DNA from: Candidatus Micrarchaeota archaeon
GTDB taxonomy: Archaea; Micrarchaeota; Micrarchaeia; Anstonellales; Bilamarchaeaceae
Length of the DNA: 64,000 nt
Reading direction: 5' to 3'
Assembly (NCBI GenBank): GCA_014727925.1
Contig: WJMN01000047.1
Location: forward strand, 41,833-105,832
The notes under the pieces were generated by a model, which was given only the letters and a program-made list of their open reading frames with translations, did no database searches and was not told where the DNA came from. Shown in pieces: positions 9,527-17,797 of the stretch. The position numbers and the translations under genes are program-made. The stretch's first letter is position 1, and each line of letters opens with the position of its first letter.

Positions 9527-10582
9527 TTTTTTGAACAGGTAGTGATAGAATGGATTTTTTTCCGCCCCCCGCTTAAGCAGCTCAATATCATACCCTTCCT
9601 TCTCAAGTTTTTTTGCCTCCCCCTCTATTTCAGCAGCCTCCATGTAATCCAGCTTTTCAAGCTCTACCGAAAAAAGCTTCCGGCCCAGCACCCTCTCCAC
9701 GAACCCATCCTGTGCCTCAACACTCCCCCTGCATTTTTTCTCAAGCCACCCGAAATCAACATCAACAGTGTACTGCTCCCCGTATTTCCTTACAACTGAA
9801 CTGTTCCATATTTCAGATGTAAGCGCTTCAATTTCCTCTGTTCCGTAGAATCCATACTCAAAAAGGCTCAGCCCCCCTCCATCAGCGAGTTTTCCCTTCC
9901 ATTTTTCCACCAGGCCGATTGCTTCAATGTTCACCGGTACCCAGTATCCCTCCGGGATGTTTTCCATCCTTTCCATGGCAACTGCAGGGGCGCGTGGCTG
10001 TTCCCATGCCGCAAATTCACCGTTGTTCCATCCCACTTCGTAAATTTTCCCCTTCTCTTTTACAAATACTCTTGCAGGAATATCATCCAGAATCTCGTTT
10101 CCCCTTATCCAGAGAGCACTGCCCATTTTTTCCGCTTCTTCTGCAGGGGCACACACGGATTCAATTGCATATTCCCTCAGCTTCTCCTCAGACGCATCCA
10201 GCATTTTCCTGCTTATGTCCCACAGCGTGTATACTACCCTCTTGCCCACCGAATGATCTATCCTGTTAATGTTTTCAAGGAATTTTTTGGCAAAGCTGCC
10301 GTCACCCACACCAAACTCATAAACCCTGAGCTCCCCTTCTGTGTTGCCCGCACTCTCAAGGAATTCCAGTGCACATGCCTTGCCCAGCCTTGCAGATGCC
10401 GCAAAGGTCTTGAAGTCCTGGTAGATGTGCTTGCCCCTTTCCGGATAATACCTGCGGTTGGTCCTCTCCATAAGCTTTGCAATGCTCTCCATCACACTTT
10501 TCCTGCTCCGAAACAAATAATAATCATCTCCCTGATTTATCCGCATGCAGCAGTTCGTACTTGACACAAGCCTTTTTGTCAA
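9518..10582 (-). CDS. Class I SAM-dependent methyltransferase-like protein
   Basis: Gly-rich motif I (VYEFGVGDGSF) followed by an acidic beta-2 end (VYTLWDIS). Substrate unknown. Confidence 0.5.
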   Translation of the reverse strand: MTKRLVSSTNCCMRINQGDDYYLFRSRKSVMESIAKLMERTNRRYYPERGKHIYQDFKTFAASARLGKACALEFLESAGNTEGELRVYEFGVGDGSFAKKFLENINRIDHSVGKRVVYTLWDISRKMLDASEEKLREYAIESVCAPAEEAEKMGSALWIRGNEILDDIPARVFVKEKGKIYEVGWNNGEFAAWEQPRAPAVAMERMENIPEGYWVPVNIEAIGLVEKWKGKLADGGGLSLFEYGFYGTEEIEALTSEIWNSSVVRKYGEQYTVDVDFGWLEKKCRGSVEAQDGFVERVLGRKLFSVELEKLDYMEAAEIEGEAKKLEKEGYDIELLKRGAEKNPFYHYLFKKSD

Positions 10583-11102
10583 TCCTGACTGCAGGAAGCA
10601 GTTTGGGAAAACCCCCTACTCTTCGGTTTCAGGCTTCATAAAAAAAGCGAAAACAAAAAAGAAAAAGGCAGAGTTCTACATGCCTCCCATCGTGTTCAGG
10701 GAACTTTCCCATTTCACTGAAAAGGGCTCTTCCCGGCTTTCAACTGTAGTTAAAAAGCGAGCCCCGAACCTTTATGGAATATACATACCTGCAGCAATCC
10801 TCTACACCTTCATAGATGATGTAAGGATGCGGGTAAACAAGGGTCTGAGGCTCGCAGAGGAGTTTGCCAGGGACAACAAGCCGGACAACAGGGCAAAGCT
10901 CAACAAACTCAGGGCAAAATACAGGGAGGCTATGCGCAGGGGGATGGTTGATTCCAAGGAGGACCTGGAGGTTATACTGCTCGCGTATGAGCTCGGGGCA
11001 ACAATTGTCACTTCTGATGAGGGGATGGTTGAGATGGCGAACAAGATAGGTGTTGAATGGATAGAGGCAGAGAGGTTCGGCGCCCTTCTCAAATCAATTT
11101 GA
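10545..11102 (+). CDS. RNA ligase partner protein, UPF0278/MJ_0950 family (PIN-like)
   Basis: N-terminus MQQFVLDTSLFVNPDCRKQFGKTP...FYMPPIVFRELSHF closely matches the conserved N-terminus of archaeal UPF0278 proteins. A Pab1020-type RNA ligase lies 500 bp away. Confidence 0.75.
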   Translation: MQQFVLDTSLFVNPDCRKQFGKTPYSSVSGFIKKAKTKKKKAEFYMPPIVFRELSHFTEKGSSRLSTVVKKRAPNLYGIYIPAAILYTFIDDVRMRVNKGLRLAEEFARDNKPDNRAKLNKLRAKYREAMRRGMVDSKEDLEVILLAYELGATIVTSDEGMVEMANKIGVEWIEAERFGALLKSI

Positions 11103-11135
11103 TTTAAAAGTATTTCTCTAGCCTAATCCCATCGT

Positions 11136-11594
11136 TTGGTGATTTTTATGCCCCCCAGAAAAATCCATAAATCTGCCCCGCTATCTAACCGCAGCCCTAC
11201 TATAATGAAGGCAGGCGGGATTTCCGGCCTACAGCACCTTCCACGCTGGGAAAAGTACCTTAAGCTGGGGGATGCTGCAGAAGAGCTGGGCCTGGGATTG
11301 GCTCACCTTGAGTGGAGAATCCGGGCATATTTTACTGCGCTGGAGCAGGGGAATTACCCTGCTGCACAGAAGATTGGACTGATTCATTTCACTGATAAAG
11401 AGGTGCGCATTGCCGAAAGCCTCCAGGTGCTTGGGGAGAATGCCCGCTCAGGCAGGCTGAACTCAGAACTCCAGTGCCTTGCTGAGAATGCCCTTGTGAC
11501 CGGAGTGCCGCGGGAGCTGGTTGCATGGGAGCTTGCAAAGCACCGTGCCCCAGATATGACTTTTCTTGAATGGAAACACCATATGCAACCTTAG
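11136..11594 (+). CDS. Hypothetical protein
   Basis: 152-aa ORF between the RNA ligase partner and the RNA ligase. No recognisable motif. The start may be the internal Met (MKAGG..., about 11205). Confidence 0.35.
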   Translation: MVIFMPPRKIHKSAPLSNRSPTIMKAGGISGLQHLPRWEKYLKLGDAAEELGLGLAHLEWRIRAYFTALEQGNYPAAQKIGLIHFTDKEVRIAESLQVLGENARSGRLNSELQCLAENALVTGVPRELVAWELAKHRAPDMTFLEWKHHMQP

Positions 11595-11599
11595 CCTTT

Positions 11600-12667
11600 C
11601 TAATCAGCCTGAGCATATCCTCCTATTGCCCTTCTCAGCCTCCTGCTTCCCTTTTTGTAGATTTTCCTGAATTTTATTCGTGTTCCCCCCTCCTCTTTCT
11701 TTTTTGAGTCCACTTCTATCCGGACCTCATCCGACATATGCTCCAGGACCTTCCTCCAGGTCCTGTTTTTTTTCACGAGAACCTCAAAGTCCTCACTTAC
11801 TTCCCCTCTGTTTTTTATTGCAGTGTAAAGATTTTTGTGCAGGGCCCTCCCCAGCTTTCCATCATATTTATCCTTGTCCAGCCCAAGTTCAGAAATGGAT
11901 ATTGCGCTCCTAAAGACACGCTGCTTCATGAACCCTGCCGGCATATCAAATATCATGTGCGAATTTTCTGCAAGGTCCTCTATCTCGGAGGAGGGGACCA
12001 CATATTTTATTATTTTTCTCGGCTTATCCTGCTTTAGCACAATCCCCTCCCCCCCGCTTTTTTCAACCCGAATCGCCGCTTTTTTTAGTTTCCCCGAATC
12101 CGGGCCCCCCATCCTCTCTACCAGGGGCGCGGCTCCCATTCTGTATTCTCTGCAGAGCTTTCTTTTTTCCCCGGTAGGGAGGAAATTGAGCTTTCCGTCG
12201 CTTATGTCAAACACATAATACTTAACATCATAATCCTTTGCGGGAGGGGTGTAGGGAGTGCACCCAACCATCTCAATATGGAGCACCTTTTCCGGGTGGA
12301 TTTTGAAGAATTCCCCTACTTCCTCCCTCTCCGAAATCTTCTCCATTGCAAAATAGTCCAGGAATCCTCCCCGTGAAATGCAGACAACTTTCCCGTGTTC
12401 ATAAGCAACCCTCAGGTTGAACCCGTCAATCTTTTCCTCTGCCCACGTTTCCTTTTTCCCAAGGTTTCTTTCCGCCCCTTCTGCAAGCGAAAAAACCCTC
12501 CTTATTTTTGGGTAACCGTACACAACCCGTTTTCCGATTATCACCGTCCCCCTGGGGATACTCCCTATCCTGTCCGAGAAGCGGTAGATTCCGTCTCTTT
12601 CCTCTACTTTTCCATTTCTGATTGCATCCCTGACCTTTTTCCTCAGCCCCTTATTCAGTTTCTTCAT
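11600..12667 (-). CDS. ATP-dependent RNA ligase, Pab1020/Rnl3 family
   Basis: Nucleotidyltransferase motif I EEKIDGFNLRVA (KxDG lysine). Upstream RGTVIIG...GYPKIRRVF aligns with the Pab1020 N-terminal domain. The ORF track extends to 12760 with a Lys/Arg-rich N-terminus that would overlap the antiporter gene by 110 nt, so the start at Met-32 (12667) was chosen. Confidence 0.85.
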   Translation of the reverse strand: MKKLNKGLRKKVRDAIRNGKVEERDGIYRFSDRIGSIPRGTVIIGKRVVYGYPKIRRVFSLAEGAERNLGKKETWAEEKIDGFNLRVAYEHGKVVCISRGGFLDYFAMEKISEREEVGEFFKIHPEKVLHIEMVGCTPYTPPAKDYDVKYYVFDISDGKLNFLPTGEKRKLCREYRMGAAPLVERMGGPDSGKLKKAAIRVEKSGGEGIVLKQDKPRKIIKYVVPSSEIEDLAENSHMIFDMPAGFMKQRVFRSAISISELGLDKDKYDGKLGRALHKNLYTAIKNRGEVSEDFEVLVKKNRTWRKVLEHMSDEVRIEVDSKKKEEGGTRIKFRKIYKKGSRRLRRAIGGYAQAD

Positions 12668-14006
12668 CTTCCTCAACCACTGTTTTCTGGATTTCAACCT
12701 TTTTCTTCTTTTTGGGGTTTTTTGCGGTCTGCCCATCCCCTTTCTCCCCTGCTTCAGCATCTCCCTTTTTTGCAGGTTTTCCGTTGCCGAATATTACTGT
12801 GCCAAGAGTTGTGGCCAGTATGCTTGTAATTATTACCACGAATGCAATCTGGGGAAAAGAGGAGAACATTTTATACAGTATGTTGAATTCCCCTGCCTCC
12901 AGCAGGCTGGATTTTTCCAGGAGCATTGCTGCAGGGTAAGTGGCCATGATTGCGGTTGCCAGCCCCCTCGGCATCAGCACAGTAAGCTGGGGCCGGAATT
13001 CTAGCAGGTCGCTTTTCCAGGTTGAAACCCAGACTGCTGCAGCCCGCACTGCAAGCAGGAGCAGGGTCACCCCAATTCCTACAAGCACCAGCCCCATATC
13101 TGTGATATTTACAATGGTTCCCAGGAATACAAAGAAGAATGTCCGCACAAGGAAGGAGATCTCATTCTGGAATTTGCTTACCCCCGGCTCTTCGGCGACC
13201 CCCTCAAACCTGAGCATCTTTCCGATTTCCCCCATGTTTCCAAGCATGAAACCGAAAACCAGCGCGGCAATTGCCCCGCTCCCTCCGGTAATTTCTGTGA
13301 TTATGTAGAGCACAAGCATTATTGCAAGTGTGAGCATGTAGAAAAAATTCAGCTTCCTGAGCTTGGGGCTCAGCCCTATCCATGCCATTCCAAATATTAC
13401 CCCGAGCACTGCACCTATTGAGAAGCTGGAAACCACGCTTTGCGTAGTGCCCTGGATGCTTGCATGTCCTGAGATGAACGCGCCGGTCAGAGAAAGGACC
13501 AGTACCACTGCAACAACATCAGTTATCGAGGATTCTATGGTTATTGTCTGCCTGGCCTTCTCGCTTATCTTCATTCCCCTGGCTATGGGTATTACTATTG
13601 CGGAGCCGGTTCCTGCCACCACTGAACCAAGGATTATCCCTGAGAAAATGCTGTTTCCCATAATCGCCCAGGCAGCAGCAACCGCTCCTATTGCAAGGGC
13701 AAGCCCCAGCACCCCGAGGATTATTCCCCTCCCGCTCTCATGCACAAGCCGGTATATGTTCAGCTGTGTTCCACCATCAAAAAGCAGTATCAGCAGGGCA
13801 AGCGGGGCAAAGATGTACTCCAGCCCCACCATTGTATCAACATCAACTATCCCTGTTACCGGCCCCAGCAGGTACCCTGTTGCAAGCAGCAAAAGCACAG
13901 AGGGGATTCCATATCTCCTGAATATCAGCTCCCCCAGGAACCCCACCAGGATTATTCCGGCAAAAATTGCAAAAGCAACCAGTGTAGCAAACGCCATGCA
14001 TCTCAC
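12651..14006 (-). CDS. Na+/H+ (cation:proton) antiporter, CPA1/NhaP-like
   Basis: 451 aa, about 12 TM helices, N-terminal region typical of NhaP-type exchangers, acidic/lysine-rich cytoplasmic C-tail. Confidence 0.65.
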   Translation of the reverse strand: MRCMAFATLVAFAIFAGIILVGFLGELIFRRYGIPSVLLLLATGYLLGPVTGIVDVDTMVGLEYIFAPLALLILLFDGGTQLNIYRLVHESGRGIILGVLGLALAIGAVAAAWAIMGNSIFSGIILGSVVAGTGSAIVIPIARGMKISEKARQTITIESSITDVVAVVLVLSLTGAFISGHASIQGTTQSVVSSFSIGAVLGVIFGMAWIGLSPKLRKLNFFYMLTLAIMLVLYIITEITGGSGAIAALVFGFMLGNMGEIGKMLRFEGVAEEPGVSKFQNEISFLVRTFFFVFLGTIVNITDMGLVLVGIGVTLLLLAVRAAAVWVSTWKSDLLEFRPQLTVLMPRGLATAIMATYPAAMLLEKSSLLEAGEFNILYKMFSSFPQIAFVVIITSILATTLGTVIFGNGKPAKKGDAEAGEKGDGQTAKNPKKKKKVEIQKTVVEEDEETE

Positions 14007-14546
14007 CTACCAGGGGACTTTCTTAAGCCCTGCCCTGTTTGCCATCAGGTTTGTGCCCACATGAAGCAGGTAGGATATAATCAGTATGAATGCGATATTT
14101 GGAATCGTGTATATGCCTTTTGCAAATGGGTATGCGAAGACCAGTGCACCCATTACGAAGTCCATCTGGTCTAGCACCCTTGAGTGCATTCCCGGTCTGA
14201 CACCCATCCTCCTTTTTATGAAGCTGCCTCCCGCATCCCCCACCAGGGCTCCCACTGCAAGCATTGAGCCGGAGAGGAAGAGCACCTCGCGGTTTCCAAA
14301 AAGCAGGCCGGGCCACCACAGGGAGATGAGCCCCGATGCAATCACGCCCGCTGCGATTCCCCCTAAAAATCCCTGAACTGTTTTGGTCTTCCCAAACAAG
14401 CCCATTCCGTCTCCAAGCGTAATCCCGCAGTCAAGGCGGCCCCCCCCTCCAACCAGTACAGGTGCGGCATTCGCAATGTAACAGGGAAGCATGAATGCAA
14501 GGAGCTCCAGAAAAATCATTTTATTCTTCATCACATTCCCAATCAA
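14007..14546 (-). CDS. carS: CDP-archaeol synthase (CDP-2,3-bis-O-geranylgeranyl-sn-glycerol synthase)
   Basis: 179 aa. Motifs LPCYIANAAPVLVGGG, GDAGGSFIKRR and C-terminal LKKVPW match the CarS family. Confidence 0.8.
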   Translation of the reverse strand: MIGNVMKNKMIFLELLAFMLPCYIANAAPVLVGGGGRLDCGITLGDGMGLFGKTKTVQGFLGGIAAGVIASGLISLWWPGLLFGNREVLFLSGSMLAVGALVGDAGGSFIKRRMGVRPGMHSRVLDQMDFVMGALVFAYPFAKGIYTIPNIAFILIISYLLHVGTNLMANRAGLKKVPW

Positions 14547-14616
14547 TCTTTATAAAATGAACTCCGTTTTTGCATATCAGTTAAGTATATAAACATTATT
14601 TAACACAATATTTACT

Positions 14617-15687
14617 ATGAATTCCCACCAAAACCCTCCTCACACCCCAAAGCAGCAGGTTGAGGATGCACTGGAAGGTCTTTGTTCTCCCTCTTCTGCA
14701 AACAGAATTACTGCTGCGCAGGAGCTCCAGGAGCTTGCCGCCAGCATGGATCCTGCCCAGAGGCCCCCGGTAATGGCGGCGCTGGCCCAAATGCTTGAAA
14801 GCGCCTCTGAATATACTGAAGTTGTTTTTGGCCTCCATTGCCTGTCTGTTGTGGCCTCAGGGCAAATGCCCGATTATTCAGAAGAAGAGATTTACAGCAA
14901 GGCGACCGCCGCAGAAAAAGTTGTTACAGTCTGCGGCCACATACTCCGGGTTCTTGACAACTCAAAGGAAACCCAACTTATCAGCCTTGGGGCAAAATCA
15001 CTTTCACGCATTTTTAAAACATCAGGAAAAGAAGAAAGAAATTCCTTCCTTTTTAGGGTACTCTCAGGCAGCAAGCTGGAAAAGATGGTTGCCCTGACTT
15101 CAATACATTCCATGGATTACAGGGACGATGCAGTTTCCACCAAGGTCGCGTTCTGCACCCAGGACTGGGACCATGAGGTCTGCACCAGGGCAGAAGAGGT
15201 TTTCCGCAAGATTTCACAGCATACTGAGGATAAGGGCAGATTGATCAAGCATCCCCTCAGGGAACTGGTGCTTGAAGAAAATGAGGAAAAGCTGCCCAGG
15301 CACATTAAGAAGTACTTCAAAAGAAATGGCAAAGACTCCAACGCGGCAGAACTCCTTAAGGCATTTGCAATAACCGGATTTGTAAGGGGCCTTGAAAACG
15401 GCACAACGATTGCAAAAGAGCTTGCGCGCATGGGCCACATTTCAGATTCAGATATTGACAGGCATGGCAAAAACGCCAAAAAAGGCGGGAGCAATCACCC
15501 TTCCCGGCCCAATCCTGATAAGCAGCTGGACCGCCTGCGCTCCCTTGCTTCATCAAAGGCCACATTTTCCGTTCGCCGGAGCCTTCCCCGCAGGAGCAGC
15601 CTTTCTCCTCCCCGCGGCAGGGGGCCAAAACCCCAGAAGAAGATAGAGTTCACTTCCTGGACACTTGCAGGAAGAACGGCTAATTAG
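14617..15687 (+). CDS. Hypothetical protein (possible HEAT/ARM-like repeats, Arg/Ser-rich C-tail)
   Basis: 356 aa, alpha-helical repeat character, basic RS-rich C-terminus. No catalytic motif. Confidence 0.4.
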   Translation: MNSHQNPPHTPKQQVEDALEGLCSPSSANRITAAQELQELAASMDPAQRPPVMAALAQMLESASEYTEVVFGLHCLSVVASGQMPDYSEEEIYSKATAAEKVVTVCGHILRVLDNSKETQLISLGAKSLSRIFKTSGKEERNSFLFRVLSGSKLEKMVALTSIHSMDYRDDAVSTKVAFCTQDWDHEVCTRAEEVFRKISQHTEDKGRLIKHPLRELVLEENEEKLPRHIKKYFKRNGKDSNAAELLKAFAITGFVRGLENGTTIAKELARMGHISDSDIDRHGKNAKKGGSNHPSRPNPDKQLDRLRSLASSKATFSVRRSLPRRSSLSPPRGRGPKPQKKIEFTSWTLAGRTAN

Positions 15688-15761
15688 GCACGGGGCCCCT
15701 GAAGCATCCGACCGATAGCTATTTAATTATCATTTTCCATCTTTTACAAACAGGTGGGCTG

Positions 15762-16712
15762 ATGTCTGATAAAAAATATATTCGCCACAATCCAAAGAAA
15801 GAAAAAGGGATAAAATTTCCTTATCTTGTGCTTGCATTCCTTACCTTGGGCTTTCTTGCAATGATTATCTCGGTTTTTGTTTCAATGGCTTCAGAGGGCC
15901 CTGTTTTCGGGGAGTGTGTGGCCGTTGTGGAAATAAATGGGGAGATTACAACCCAATCCTCGCCAACGAGCATGTTTGCTGAAGGGACCTATGGCTCCTA
16001 TGAACTTTCAAAAAGAATAAACGCACTCAATGGGCGCGATGAGGTTTCTTCTGTGCTGCTTGTGGTAAATTCACCCGGGGGCTCAGTTGTTGCAGCAGAT
16101 GAGATTTACCGTTCGGTGGATTCAGTTGAAAAGCCGGTTGTCGCTTATTTCCGGGAAACGGCTGCTTCAGGTGGATACTATATTGCCGCACCCGCGGATT
16201 ACATAGTTTCTGAGCCCAACACCCTTACAGGCTCACTTGGGACAGTAATGTATCTTGCCGAATTCAGCGAGCTTGCAAAGGAGCTAGGCATAAAGGACGT
16301 TGTAATAAAATCAGGGGAAATGAAGGACATTGGAAATCCCATGCGCAATATGACAGAGGAGGAGGAAGCCCTGCTCCAGGAGGTTGTGGAAGAGGCATTC
16401 CAGCATATGAAGTCCAACATAGAGGAGCAGCGCGGAGACTCCCTCGTATACCCTGAGTTCAACGAGGTTCTAGACGGAAGAGTTCTTTCCGGCAGGATGG
16501 CACTTGAGGCGGGCCTTGTTGATGAGCTTGGCTCAAGGGACGATGCCCTTATGAAGGCAGCAGGGCTTGGGGGGACTGAAGCTGCCTCCCCTTCTGATGT
16601 GGAGGTGTGCATGATAAAGACCAAGCCTGAGGCTGCGGGCCTCTTTGACATGAGTTCCTTCATAAGCAGTATTTTCTCAGAGGAACAAACACCTTCACTC
16701 AATTACCGGTGA
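15762..16712 (+). CDS. sppA: Signal peptide peptidase SppA (protease IV, S49 family, 36K type)
   Basis: N-terminal TM, VVNSPGGSVVAADEIY and AASGGYYIAAPADYIVSEPNTLTGSLG motifs characteristic of S49 peptidases. Confidence 0.85.
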   Translation: MSDKKYIRHNPKKEKGIKFPYLVLAFLTLGFLAMIISVFVSMASEGPVFGECVAVVEINGEITTQSSPTSMFAEGTYGSYELSKRINALNGRDEVSSVLLVVNSPGGSVVAADEIYRSVDSVEKPVVAYFRETAASGGYYIAAPADYIVSEPNTLTGSLGTVMYLAEFSELAKELGIKDVVIKSGEMKDIGNPMRNMTEEEEALLQEVVEEAFQHMKSNIEEQRGDSLVYPEFNEVLDGRVLSGRMALEAGLVDELGSRDDALMKAAGLGGTEAASPSDVEVCMIKTKPEAAGLFDMSSFISSIFSEEQTPSLNYR

Positions 16713-17083
16713 ACCCCTTGGAACCAGAAAAAATCCTTGTTGCATCAGTCGCAGTTTTTACAGGGTTGTTGATACTTGTGCTATTTATTTACTTTTTTTC
16801 TTATCCTGGCACCCGCCTGGATTTTTCGCCCACTTCCCTTGACCTGGGGAGCTCAGGCTATGAATGCACTCTAGGAGATGAGCTTCCCTGCACCGATGAG
16901 GGGGGTTGCCCGGGCACCAGATCCTGCCTACACGGAGACTGGTCTTCCTGCACTGTCCGGGAGGAATGCACCCCCGGGGAAACCCGCTTCTGCCCCACCG
17001 GGGGCTGCACCAACGGGGTACAGAGATGCGATGCATGCTCCCAGTGGGGGCCCTGTCTCCCCTCTGGATGCTCCAGCGGATAA
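16709..17083 (+). CDS. Small membrane-anchored Cys-rich protein (hypothetical)
   Basis: GTG start overlapping the sppA stop (GTGA). N-terminal TM helix, then a domain with about 10 Cys plus Gly/Thr/Pro. The alternative-frame ORF 16878.. overlaps it but is probably non-coding upstream of 17124. Confidence 0.45.
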   Translation: MNPLEPEKILVASVAVFTGLLILVLFIYFFSYPGTRLDFSPTSLDLGSSGYECTLGDELPCTDEGGCPGTRSCLHGDWSSCTVREECTPGETRFCPTGGCTNGVQRCDACSQWGPCLPSGCSSG

Positions 17084-17123
17084 CTCCGGTGTGTTTAAAA
17101 GCTTTTATTTTAGAATTATATCG

Positions 17124-17789
17124 ATGGGAACCAGAAAAGCATTTGTATTTTCCCTTGATTCATTTGTTGCATTTGTGCTTACAGTTGCTGCTCTGTATTC
17201 CCTCCTGTTTTTCGCAACGGTTCCTGCTGCTTATTATTCTTCGCTGACACAGGCAAATTACCTTGCAAAGGATACTCTGCTTGCGCTTGCAACAACCACT
17301 GCAGGTGAAGGGGCCGCCCACTGCAGCGAAGGGCAAACATATCTCGACTGTGTAATTGAAGATAAAAAAGCAGCGAGGATATATATAGGCTCAAAGGGCC
17401 AGGAAGGAGGATACGATGAGAGCGCCCTTGTGCCTGCCCAGTTTGGTTATAAGATTGAGACCCTTGATTTTTCGGAGGGAGACGGGGAAATAAACTTTTC
17501 TGATGCAGACTGGAGCGAAGTTTATAATACGGCAGATGACCCGCAGTCTGCAAACAAAAAAGAATACCACAAGCTCAAGGCAGCTGCCCACGCGCTTTAT
17601 TTTGGCTACAGCCAAGCCCCGGAGGGGGGAGAGGAATCCCCGCTCCACTATGTTAGCTGTGGAGGAGAATACACAATTTGCTCCTGGCCCGAGCCATTCA
17701 TTTATTATGGCAGCTATGACCATGAAGGGAACACTGACATCGTTGGAGATGCATATTCGCGGGTTGTGAGATTCACAGTATATACTTGA
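17124..17789 (+). CDS. Pilin-like protein A with class III (type IV prepilin-like) signal peptide
   Basis: Start at the internal ATG gives MGTRKA|FVFSLDSFVAFVLTVAALYSLLFF: short basic n-region, K at -2 and A at -1, then a hydrophobic helix. AT-rich TATA-like sequence immediately upstream. Confidence 0.55.
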   Translation: MGTRKAFVFSLDSFVAFVLTVAALYSLLFFATVPAAYYSSLTQANYLAKDTLLALATTTAGEGAAHCSEGQTYLDCVIEDKKAARIYIGSKGQEGGYDESALVPAQFGYKIETLDFSEGDGEINFSDADWSEVYNTADDPQSANKKEYHKLKAAAHALYFGYSQAPEGGEESPLHYVSCGGEYTICSWPEPFIYYGSYDHEGNTDIVGDAYSRVVRFTVYT

Positions 17790-17797
17790 GGTTTTCC

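Noticed and set aside
12668-12760. First 31 codons of the RNA ligase ORF
   Set aside because: This would overlap the 3' end of the same-strand antiporter gene by 110 nt. The start at Met-32 reduces the overlap to 17 nt. The Lys/Arg-rich peptide may still be real (see findings), but I could not support it from sequence alone.
14007-14546. Prepilin peptidase (A24) for the nearby pilin-like operon
   Set aside because: This small polytopic protein instead carries the CarS signatures (LPCY..N..VLVGGG, GD..GSFIKRR, KKVPW) and lacks the paired catalytic Asp motifs of FlaK/PibD.
16878-17123. N-terminal 82 codons of the 303-aa ORF 16878..17789
   Set aside because: This stretch overlaps the Cys-rich ORF 16709..17083 in another frame and is Pro/Ala/Gly-rich low complexity. 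The in-frame ATG at 17124 gives a textbook class III signal peptide and sits just after an AT-rich promoter-like element, so the upstream extension was treated as non-coding.
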